Source of the DNA: Macrostomum lignano
Taxonomy: Eukaryota
DNA: 64,000 nt
Assembly (NCBI GenBank): GCA_002269645.1
Contig: NIVC01000393.1
Location: 62,001-126,000 of the forward strand
Direction of reading: 5' to 3'
The notes under the pieces were generated by a model, which saw only the letters and a program-made list of their open reading frames with translations, made no database searches and was not told the DNA's origin. Positions 52,899-61,254 of the stretch are shown here, piece after piece. How positions within the stretch are numbered: position 1 is the first letter of the stretch; every line of letters begins with the position of its first letter. The translations under genes and the position numbers were made by a program.

Positions 52899-53465
52899 TT
52901 ACAGGCGTACAATGCTGAGAAGGAGAGAAAAATCATACTGTAACATGTTCATTGACTTCGCACCACTTAAAACAAAAGAGCCGTTGTGAAAAAGTATGCA
53001 TTTACAGAATCTAAGCTTACAGATCAAAGCAGAAAATGACTCGGGTTCATACTGAGCGTTTGGGAGGGCGTTTACAAGGCTTGCGAGGGAAAGAGCAGTG
53101 CGTAAATCGATCTTTCCATGAGCAGTAATTGTTTTAATCCTCACACAAATGGATTGACGAGGCAGCAGTTGAGCAGGCACTCTGCGATGCAGCATAGCCA
53201 CGAAGCGACGAGCGGCCCTGACTGAGGCCGAGTAGCTCCGGGCGCCACAGATACTCAGTTGTCCAGTCGGATAGAGCAATAGAGTCACTCTGGGATTCCG
53301 CATCCTCTTGATGAGCACTCGGGGCCAGACGGGACGATAGATGACATGAGCCATGCTGAGAGCCAGTTCCCGCAGAGGCAACTGAGCACCCCTGCCTCCA
53401 GCCAGTCTCAGATCCACGCCGCCGACCAGATTGGTCACTCGCAGGGCTGTCGCAGGTGTACTCAT
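52899..53465 (-). CDS. TATA-binding-protein (TBP)-like protein, intronless, core only
   Basis: Two-repeat TBP pattern: VTNLV...IKRMRNPRVTLLLYPTGQLSICGARS...AARRF and YEPESFSALI...CILFHNGSFVLSGAKS, versus canonical [26 protein letters not shown] and YEPELFPGLI...LLIFVSGKVVLTGAK. Confidence 0.88.
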   Translation of the reverse strand: MSTPATALRVTNLVGGVDLRLAGGRGAQLPLRELALSMAHVIYRPVWPRVLIKRMRNPRVTLLLYPTGQLSICGARSYSASVRAARRFVAMLHRRVPAQLLPRQSICVRIKTITAHGKIDLRTALSLASLVNALPNAQYEPESFSALICKLRFCKCILFHNGSFVLSGAKSMNMLQYDFSLLLSIVRL

Positions 53466-53979
53466 TTAGAGAGTCCTTTCTGTCAGTGGTGCTGTCTTTG
53501 CGAGCTTTTGAGTGGTGCGGGCACACCTCGCTTCTTAAGTTGATACAGAACTTCGGCTTCAGCCAGTTATAGTACAGTAATACATTTTTCACTGCGCAAC
53601 CAGTATCAGATGCTTGAATCAAAGGTGATCCCAAATCCTCTAAGTTGTACACCTGTCTGCCAAGCAGCTCAGTCAGAAAGATGGACTTCTTCACCCCGCT
53701 TGTCCATGTGGGGCCGTAAGCAATGTTTAGAATGTCATTAGCCAAATGCATGTACGGTCGGGATCCATCTGTCCACTTGAAATGATGAAAATTCTTTGAG
53801 AGCTTTCTGTAATGCACCTGCATCTCAGGTGAGATTCTCTCCCATGAGAACGGAGAGGCGTACACGTGATGAGTGATATGGTAACTGCCTGCCCGGACTT
53901 GAGCAATGGCCAGCTCCTTCACAACGAAATCTCTGCTCGATCTCTCGCGTGGGAAGCCTTGGAAGTCAATATAGTTCAT
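53134..53979 (-). CDS. Putative DnaQ/DEDD-fold-like protein (first ~150 aa); C-terminal read-through over the TBP ORF is probably artefactual
   Basis: N-terminal YIDFQGF...FVVKELAI, then H..W.DG..PY, NLEDLG and CAVKNV resemble an RNase H-like exonuclease fold. The assignment is tentative. Confidence 0.5.
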   Translation of the reverse strand: MNYIDFQGFPRERSSRDFVVKELAIAQVRAGSYHITHHVYASPFSWERISPEMQVHYRKLSKNFHHFKWTDGSRPYMHLANDILNIAYGPTWTSGVKKSIFLTELLGRQVYNLEDLGSPLIQASDTGCAVKNVLLYYNWLKPKFCINLRSEVCPHHSKARKDSTTDRKDSLNEYTCDSPASDQSGRRRGSETGWRQGCSVASAGTGSQHGSCHLSSRLAPSAHQEDAESQSDSIALSDWTTEYLWRPELLGLSQGRSSLRGYAASQSACSTAASSIHLCED

Positions 53980-53991
53980 GATCGGATGGTG

Positions 53992-54714
53992 TTAAGATGC
54001 CAGATGTCGGGAAGCCGACACAGTTCCCCTTCTTAAATAGTTTTTTTTCCTGGTCAGCTGTAGCCAGGCTCTCCCACTCCCGAATCCCTTAACTATATGA
54101 TGAGCAGGGGCGGCCTGTGGAGAAACAGCAGGTTTAGAAATTAGCTGCCTTACTGACTTTCCTATAGCCGAAGCTGGGATGTAAAGCTTTTTGTCTTGAA
54201 GCAATGAGACAAACTCACTCCAGCCCACCGGCTCGCTGGCACATTTCGAATCCCTCACCGCACTGTGAAACAAATCCAGGATGTTTGAGGAGGGTATTGT
54301 CTTCCCAGAAATTTGCGCCTCGCCATTTTCGGACACCCGAATCAGAGAGGGATTGCCAGATAGGATGGCCCATAGACTGCGGGCTCTCGCTTTAAACTTC
54401 TGCGGCACGGATTGGGTGATCTTTTCCCCCCAGCTGCTTGGTGCAATATCAGTTTTCAGCATCTTGGCATCTCTCGCAGTTACCACACCATCCTTTCCAG
54501 TCCGCTTGCGCTTGGCCAGCAAATTCTTCATCGCATCATGGTACATGGCAGCTTTCACATCGTCTGGGCAATCCTCGGCAAGCAAAATATCATTGCATTT
54601 CCTCTGCGCATATCTCACAGCAGTGTCGAGTTCAGACTCAACTGGCTTCAAATTCTGTGTGAGCATATCGTATTCTGACTTGGGGATCAGAACCATTTCT
54701 GAGAACTTATTCAT
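53992..54714 (-). CDS. Conserved Polinton hypothetical protein (240 aa)
   Basis: ATG ORF overlapping the upstream gene by ATGA, in the virion-gene block. Confidence 0.7.
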   Translation of the reverse strand: MNKFSEMVLIPKSEYDMLTQNLKPVESELDTAVRYAQRKCNDILLAEDCPDDVKAAMYHDAMKNLLAKRKRTGKDGVVTARDAKMLKTDIAPSSWGEKITQSVPQKFKARARSLWAILSGNPSLIRVSENGEAQISGKTIPSSNILDLFHSAVRDSKCASEPVGWSEFVSLLQDKKLYIPASAIGKSVRQLISKPAVSPQAAPAHHIVKGFGSGRAWLQLTRKKNYLRRGTVSASRHLAS

Positions 54715-55025
54715 TTTGTTTCTTTTTCTTCACTAGCTTTATTAGAATGTAGAGAATTTTGGATAAAACCCGTATTTAGCAGATCCGCAGTTCTTCGATG
54801 TGTAGAAATTTTGCGGATTATTTGCTTTTGCTTCACCAGCGCTGCCTTTTCAGTGAGTGAGAACGACAAAGTGTTTTGCAATAGGTTGTAGCAGGCCTCA
54901 ATGAGAAATTCACGTACGGCTTTTGGACCCGCTCTGATCAACAAGCGTTTAAAGCTGATGGAATATTTTGGTGAGGCGAGAATATCAAACAAACTTTCAT
55001 GTGAGTCGAATGTTTCCATTTTCAT
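54711..55025 (-). CDS. Small Polinton hypothetical protein (104 aa)
   Basis: LIEACYNLLQN...LVKQKQIIRKI helical basic pattern, located between the ATPase and the 240-aa gene. Confidence 0.65.
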   Translation of the reverse strand: MKMETFDSHESLFDILASPKYSISFKRLLIRAGPKAVREFLIEACYNLLQNTLSFSLTEKAALVKQKQIIRKISTHRRTADLLNTGFIQNSLHSNKASEEKETK

Positions 55026-55072
55026 TAGTGTTGCAGAATATAGAACAAATGGCGAAATCTCGGCTGTTATTC

Positions 55073-55726
55073 TTAAGTGTAAAAAAGGTGGGGTCGATGA
55101 TTGGGCAGGATTCGAGCCCGGACGCGCAGCTCATCAGGGGTGGAAGGGTGAAAATCCAGGAGCAGGTAGGCTCCCCTGCCGTGCGATGTCACGTGCTTGA
55201 ACACTGACAGCAGAAAGCCGGGCTTCTCAGCAAAACACTGCCTGTCCAGCGCTGCAATCTGCAGCTGGTCTCTGGGGTTCTTCATGATCACAAAGTACAT
55301 CGCATTCAGACTCATTGTTCTCAACTCCTTCCCTTTAAAAAATACATTTTGGGTCAGCATAACCAGAAAGCAGGGCAAATGATGGGCAATTCCTGTGAAA
55401 ACATTTCGCATAGCAGCAGAATTGGAAGTTTCTTCAATCAGGTCATCAAATCCAACCAGGTCATTGGGTCTCAGTGCGGTCTCGATACTGCTGGGAAATC
55501 CCTGCTGCAGGTGCACGCCGAGACTGCTCAGCTCAGAGTGTGCTGCTTGTGAAATCCCATAGTACCACAGAACTCTCCCTGGCTTCACATCAAACATGAC
55601 ATCCCTGTACTGGATCAGATGTTTCACGAAGGTTGTCTTTCCTGCATTTGTAGGCCCGCTGACAATCATGCAGCTTCCCTGTCGCAGGCGCACATCATAA
55701 CGGTTTATCCGCTCACGCGTTTCCAT
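55073..55726 (-). CDS. A32/FtsK-family genome-packaging ATPase
   Basis: Walker A IVSGPTNAGKTT, Walker B VGFDD, and RTMSLNAMYFVIMKNPRD. Confidence 0.93.
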   Translation of the reverse strand: METRERINRYDVRLRQGSCMIVSGPTNAGKTTFVKHLIQYRDVMFDVKPGRVLWYYGISQAAHSELSSLGVHLQQGFPSSIETALRPNDLVGFDDLIEETSNSAAMRNVFTGIAHHLPCFLVMLTQNVFFKGKELRTMSLNAMYFVIMKNPRDQLQIAALDRQCFAEKPGFLLSVFKHVTSHGRGAYLLLDFHPSTPDELRVRARILPNHRPHLFYT

Positions 55727-55737
55727 CGCCTGTTGAG

Positions 55738-56277
55738 CTAAATCCTTGATTTTAAAATTCTAATTAAAATTCTTTTTCTTAAGCAACTCTCAAACCTTTG
55801 CAGAATTCTTTCATTCAAGTGGCTCTGCTGATTTGCATGGAGGTGCCGCAGAACCCACTCAAACGAGCGCTTGAAACGAAACTTTTGATAGACAAACAAG
55901 AGACAGAACAAACCGCATTTAGCAGAGTCGCAGCTCTAAATTCGATTCACATTGCTACGTAAGTAGAATGGAGAATACCAAAAGGATTTCAGTGCTCCGT
56001 GAATGATGTCTAAAGTGCTTGAGTCCCAGCCCAGAGAGTTAAAGAGTTCTATGGAATTCTCCTTATTAGCATAACAAACCACCCAGTGACCGAATCACGA
56101 GCTGTACGGAAGCAGAAAGAAAATAAACTTACATCGAGATAAATTTCTTTTGAGAGTTGCTCGCTGAATAAAGTTTAAAGCATAAGATGTTTTATTTATT
56201 GAATTCAAGACAATAATTAAACAATTATTTTGTGGCAAAAAGCTTTTAGCCAGTTTAAGCAGTTGAAAAGCATCCAT
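55738..56277 (-). pseudogene. Adenain-like (Ulp1 fold) cysteine protease with two nonsense codons
   Basis: Hand translation reads ...YSS*FGHWVVCY...ELFNSLG...NRI*SCDSAKCGLFC. Stops are at 56095-56097 and 55936-55938; the second replaces the oxyanion Gln. Confidence 0.88.
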
Positions 56278-56300
56278 ATTAGCGTTGCGCCTGCGTACTC

Positions 56301-57576
56301 CTAGGATGGAAAATCTAGCAGAATCTCCCTGTGCTTGGTGACCTCAATCAGTGAGTCATACAGGCACATAACAATCAGAGATACAGGCTCCTCCAGGGCC
56401 TGTCGGAAGCGAATCTCCAGCCGCAAATTGCCCTCCTTCTGTCCGTACCACAGGGCCGCTCCCTCAGGCGTGAGATCGAATGCGAAAGCTGTGTTGCCGT
56501 TGGAGAACAACTGGTAGGGGACCCACGGAACCGAGTTGCTAGGGCTGGCAGACTGACAGCTTTTCAGGTAGTGCAAGTACTCTCTCACGAATGAATTATT
56601 CTCAGGTGCAAATGCAGCGTGGCACATGGCTTCACCACCTTTCTTTAGTGCTAGCTGGCTGAGGTTGAAGCTCTGGAACTCGAAGGGGCTGGAATGGTGA
56701 TGGCCATTGAAGGCTCGGTGGTTCACGAAGACCAGCATAACGAACTTAGGCAGTTTGCCATGGGTGAATCCTTCAATGTTTTTTGACTGAATTCCCTGTG
56801 GTAGAATGAAGTTTTGCATTTCGGTTCGCTCGATGGGGTAAAGTGCGTTCTGATTGGTAAGTCCCTGCTCATGCGCTAGGCTGATGTGAGGCGCCACTTT
56901 GACTCGGCGCAGGTTCAGAATGCAGTGGGAGATTTCCATTCGGTAGGCTGTGTTGTTCTCATCTGGGGTTCGGATGGCAAATGCAGCATCGCTGGGCATC
57001 AGCTTGATGTGCAGGTGTAAATTGTTCAGCAGCAGAACAGGACACTGGAAGATGTCGCTGAGCAGTGGTCCCGCATACTCCACCCAGCGGGACTCCCTGT
57101 GGCTCTCGGCATGCCCCTCAGCAGCAGTTTCGGGTTCCGGCGGGGTAGAAATTTAACTGCTGAGCATCGGATGAGCTCATGAGAGCTTTTAGGTAGGCAT
57201 GGTAGGGGTAGAGCTGGTCTCCGCCTGAGACAATGCGCTGGTTGATGCTCACGATTACATCTGAGAATGCCGTAGATAGGACAAAGTTTTCTGGATGCAC
57301 CCCACTGTCTCTGCGCTCAGTGACAACTCCATCGGCATTCCGAACCTCCTCCCTCATCAAAGCCCCGCCAAGCCGGACTAGGCGACAGCGAATATACAGG
57401 AATGAGCTCAGCAGATCAGTGTACTCATCAGCCGATGGATGGCAGTCGAATTCAATAGGTGAGTTAGTAGAAATAGAGTTCACGGGGTGAATATCAACAT
57501 ACGTGGATTTTTCAATAGCAGTCTGCAGCACGGGGGACTTGAACAAATCGAGTCTCGGGTTGAATCCGTAAGCCAT
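56301..57576 (-). pseudogene. Double-jelly-roll major capsid protein, one frameshift at ~57145
   Basis: LDLFKSPVLQTAIEKSTYVDIHPVNS...YPYHAYLKAL, then GPLLSDIFQ...LPKFVMLVF...FNGHHHSSPFEF...AFDLTP...GNLRLEIRF...LIEV. Confidence 0.88.
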
Positions 57577-57578
57577 TG

Positions 57579-57995
57579 CTATGAGAGTGAGTCCAGAACA
57601 CGCTTCACAGTTTCTTTGCCCACTTTTTGGTTTCTTTTGCCTGTTTTCTTGGCCTGTGTTTTAGTCGTTCTTTTCTTAGGTTGCTTGCTTGTTCTGACCT
57701 TGCTTGTTTTGCGTGCTTCGCCACTTTTTTTCTTCTTCTTCATGCGCACCTGCTTTTTATTCACCTTTTTAGCCTGTCCTTGATTTCCTATGTTTCTATT
57801 ACTCGTACTATTGCTTCTGCTGCTACTGCTGGTTTGTACAGGCTTTGATGCTAATGATGATGATGATGTTATGGAAGGTGCTGGAGGAGGCTGGTAAGTC
57901 ATTATTCCAGGAAAACTCCCGCAGCCATAGAGCATGGACTTTTCATTTCCCGTCCGAGTCCCTGAATACTGCCGAATCAGCTGCTGATAGTTCAT
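57579..57995 (-). CDS. Basic (Lys/Arg-rich) putative core/DNA-condensing protein
   Basis: Lys-rich C-terminal half. LYGCG resembles an adenain-type cleavage site. It lies between the minor and major capsid genes. Confidence 0.6.
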   Translation of the reverse strand: MNYQQLIRQYSGTRTGNEKSMLYGCGSFPGIMTYQPPPAPSITSSSSLASKPVQTSSSSRSNSTSNRNIGNQGQAKKVNKKQVRMKKKKKSGEARKTSKVRTSKQPKKRTTKTQAKKTGKRNQKVGKETVKRVLDSLS

Positions 57996-58819
57996 TGCAT
58001 TGGTCTCTCACGTATCAGAATTGTGAGCAGAACAGGGCTGCCGCTATGAGCAGTCAGTGAGAAGCCAAAGATGTCTCGCAGTTGAACTCGAATGCTGTGT
58101 AGAAAATTTGTTTTCTGAATGGGGAAGAAAACTGTTTTCTTAAACACTTTGCTCCAGTAGCTTCCCCATCCGGCTTCAGGATTCATGTTCACAGTTCGCA
58201 GCAGGGAATTCCAGTTGCAATTAGTTGACTCCACAATGCTACAATGCACGTTGATCAGATTGGTGGGCGGGCAGCCAATGTGGTACATGGAAACTTGGCG
58301 CCCAGGTGGAATTTTCACGGACTGATTTCCGAATCCCAGCCACTGCAGAATTTTACTTGATGGAAGGAATAATTCTGCTCGAGCCGTGTTGTTGAGCACT
58401 ACCGTTCTCAATTCTTGGATCTCAAACTTTATGCCAATATCTCTAGCGCTGCTCCGCCCCATTAAACCAGACTCATCAGCCTCCATTTCAGACTCCCTCT
58501 CACTCATTGCATCGAAGAACAGTGACTCAGAGTTGGCCAGCAGCTCATTCATGCGCTCCACCAACTCCTCCACTCTAGCAAAGCGTCCGGGTTGAAGAAC
58601 CAAGGCCTCATGCTCTCTTCCATCTGAGACAGTGAAGCAGTAAGGCTCGTCAACATTGAACCATGCAGCAGGCAGATGGATTTCAGCCAGACCTGCCTCA
58701 TAGTCCACATTTCGATCCAAGTAAATAGGTGAAGGCAGGTGAAAATGAAAGTCAGCAGGAGTACCTTCAGCATTTTCGCTGTTAATGATGATGCTTCTCA
58801 TAATTGGGAATGGCTGCAC
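57992..58819 (-). CDS. Minor capsid protein (penton, single jelly roll)
   Basis: NTPADFHFHLPSPIYLD..YEAGLAEIHLPAAWFNV...INVHCSIVES...LLRTV...IRVQLRD pattern of Polinton pentons. Confidence 0.82.
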   Translation of the reverse strand: MQPFPIMRSIIINSENAEGTPADFHFHLPSPIYLDRNVDYEAGLAEIHLPAAWFNVDEPYCFTVSDGREHEALVLQPGRFARVEELVERMNELLANSESLFFDAMSERESEMEADESGLMGRSSARDIGIKFEIQELRTVVLNNTARAELFLPSSKILQWLGFGNQSVKIPPGRQVSMYHIGCPPTNLINVHCSIVESTNCNWNSLLRTVNMNPEAGWGSYWSKVFKKTVFFPIQKTNFLHSIRVQLRDIFGFSLTAHSGSPVLLTILIRERPMQ

Positions 58820-58831
58820 AATGTCGGCATC

Positions 58832-59897
58832 TTACACTTTTCTTAAGTCCTTCTCATCCACCCAGTCAGTGGAGTCGTAGCCGGCCCACTTGACCAGATA
58901 TCGGATCTTTCCCTGCCGCTTCTCAGTCTTCAAAATCTTTTCAATCACATACAGCCGCTGCGACTCCGGAACGGCCTGCAGTTCATGCTCGTGAAAAAGC
59001 CCACGAATCTCTTCTCCTTTCATGTCTTTTATCTTGTACATGTAGGGATAATGCTTTGGAGCTCTGGACACCACCGTGTACACTTCTTCGCTCCAGTTGG
59101 CCTTGTACCCTTTTCTAAAAAGCCTGGGTGCATTGGAAATCCGCACAGACTGGTTTTCGCTGAACTTTGGCTTTCCCAGCTTTTCCACAGTTTCAATCGC
59201 TTTCCCGTCATATAGGCTCATCCAGACCTCGGACTCGTTCTCCTGGCTGACATTCGTTGGGCCATTCGTATGCTTCTGTGGTAGTTTTGTTGTAGGACTT
59301 CACTAGCTTAGGCAACACATCAAGCCAATGCAGAGTGCTGTTGTGAGTGAAGTAGCGCCACATTTTGCTCTTTAAAGTTCGGTTCCATCGTTCAATGACA
59401 GCCGCCTTCTGCTCACTGTTGGTTGGGAATGCCAGGATTCCCCTTTCCATACAGCATTGGCGAAAAGTAGAGTTGATAAACTCTTTCCCCTGATCAGTGC
59501 GAACAGTGCGCGGTTGCCGCTTTGAACTTCTTAATATGCTCTCGAATGCCGACTTCACTTCAATAGAAGACTTGTTCTTTAATGCCCTCGCCCATCCGTA
59601 CTTGGACAGCACATCAATGCATGTTAGAATATACCTGTAGCCGTTATTATACTTGGAAAAAGGAATCATCTCCACCAGATCCAACTCCCATTGGTCATCA
59701 ATACTTCGAACTATGATTGGGGCCCTCGGATAATTCCTCCTTGCTGGCTTATGTAATGTGTAGACTGTCTGATCGTTAAGCCAGTTTTTCGCAGCTTTTT
59801 CACTCACTCGGATACCCTGCGTGCGAACTTCATTAATAAATTTATTGCAGCCAGAAAAGCTTGCTGGCTGCTCAGGGTTAAAGTAAATCTTTTCCAT
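58832..59897 (-). pseudogene. Retroviral-like (Polinton c-type) integrase with C-terminal chromodomain, frameshifted at ~59230-59285
   Basis: DDQWELDLVEM, CIDVLSKY, RTDQGKEF, AVIERWNRTLK; the C-terminal part has FRKGYKANWSEE and YVIEKIL...YLVKWAGY. Confidence 0.93.
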
Positions 59898-60117
59898 TTT
59901 TAATTAGAGAAAAAATTAAACTCATTTCGCATTCTTAAGTTCACCAGTAAACTAGCATAACTATAGAGAGAGATGCTTATTTTATTTTATTTTTAATTTT
60001 AAACGAGCTCATTTAATAGGACATTAATGAATAAGCTGAAAAAGCTGGATAAATAGAACTGTTAGACATCAATACAGATGGCATAGCAATGTCCACGCAT
60101 AGTCACTTAAAAAGTTA

Positions 60118-60846
60118 TCAAGCACTTTTGTCTGCGTCACCATCCTCTCCACCATTGATCACTTTGGGCAACTTGATTGCATTTTGCCTGCGCAGGGGCC
60201 ACGGAAGCTTTCGTTTGTGACAGCCGCTGTTGCCGAGCCCTGAAGCAGCACGGAACCGGTACCACAGTGGGTCGTGCGACAGGTCGCTGTCTTGCTGGGG
60301 TATGCGCCCGACTGAAGTCTCTGGCAGAACAGGCGAGCTGGTTGCATTGTCCGACTCGACGATGCGCAGCCTCTTCTCTTCTTCTTCTTCTTCTTCGCTG
60401 ACCGGCAGAGTTTCTTGGCCCTCATGCTTGATGTCCTCGGCCTCCAGCTGATACTCACTCTCCGCCGACTTCTCTCGCAGCTCGTTGTCGATCCACTCGG
60501 CCTTCTTCCAGAGTTCTCCCCATAGACGGGGAGTCAGCGCCACTGAGTTCCGCCGCAGATAATCCTCTGTACAGTCTTCCGGCAGGCGCTTCAGCCAGAT
60601 GATACCCCTGCTGACCACAACGAGTTTATCAAAGCCAAGCTTGACTGTGACGCTGTGCCGATTGACTGCCGAGTGCACAAGCTGGCGTTTCAGCTGCTTC
60701 AACTTCTCCCATTGGTATGCATTGAGGTTAAAGCCAGGGATGCCCGCTCTGAGCCCGCTTTCAGAGGAGAAGAAACGTCGGATTGCAATAAAGCGATGAC
60801 CTTCGTACTCTTGCACTTGAACTTTGAAGCCGTCACAGAGATCCAT
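60118..60846 (-). CDS. PC4/Sub1-like ssDNA-binding (transcriptional coactivator fold) protein, possibly two PC4 repeats plus acidic tail
   Basis: KVQVQEYEGHRFIAIRRFF...GIPGFNLNAYQWEKLK matches the PC4 pattern. A second degenerate unit reads KLVVVSRGIIWLK...VALTPRLWGEL. TATATATAAG lies ~75 nt upstream. Confidence 0.72.
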   Translation of the reverse strand: MDLCDGFKVQVQEYEGHRFIAIRRFFSSESGLRAGIPGFNLNAYQWEKLKQLKRQLVHSAVNRHSVTVKLGFDKLVVVSRGIIWLKRLPEDCTEDYLRRNSVALTPRLWGELWKKAEWIDNELREKSAESEYQLEAEDIKHEGQETLPVSEEEEEEEKRLRIVESDNATSSPVLPETSVGRIPQQDSDLSHDPLWYRFRAASGLGNSGCHKRKLPWPLRRQNAIKLPKVINGGEDGDADKSA

Positions 60847-61254
60847 TAATGATATGTTTCTTTAAGAAGGATGCACAAAAATTCCTTTCGTCATGAAGCC
60901 AACCTCAAAAAATCGCCCATCTTATATATACTTTCTAGGCGGAGTGGGGTGGGTGCAATAATGAGTTTCCTTCAGTACATATACCAGCATGCGCTTTGTT
61001 ATCTCACCGGGCCCCCATGCCCACCCGATGTGCCCCCCATGGAATTTCCATGGCTTTCCCTGCGGCAGAGTCGCTCAATGGATTTACATGGGCCCGTATG
61101 TTCACTCACTAGGGCCCATGGCTTTTCCACGGAAATTCCTGCGGCAGAGTTCTGTTATCCCATACTACTTATTTCCTTGCTTTGTTTGCTTCTAGGGGTC
61201 AGTTTCCGATATGTATAGTAAACATCATTTGTTTGTAAACAGGAAAGCTGGTGG

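Larger units (their letters stand above)
44807..61169. mobile_element. Polinton/Maverick (polintovirus/adintovirus-type) endogenous element, 16.4 kb
   Basis: AGTAGT...ACTACT termini and ~155-bp imperfect TIRs (44807-~44962 and ~61015-61169). It encodes pPolB, integrase, ATPase, adenain-like protease and two capsid proteins. Confidence 0.95.

Noticed and set aside
53134-53465. True dual-coding overlap of the 281-aa ORF with the TBP-like gene
   Set aside because: The overlapping part is Ser/Ala/Arg-rich with no domain character. A lost stop or frameshift near 53470-53530 is more likely.
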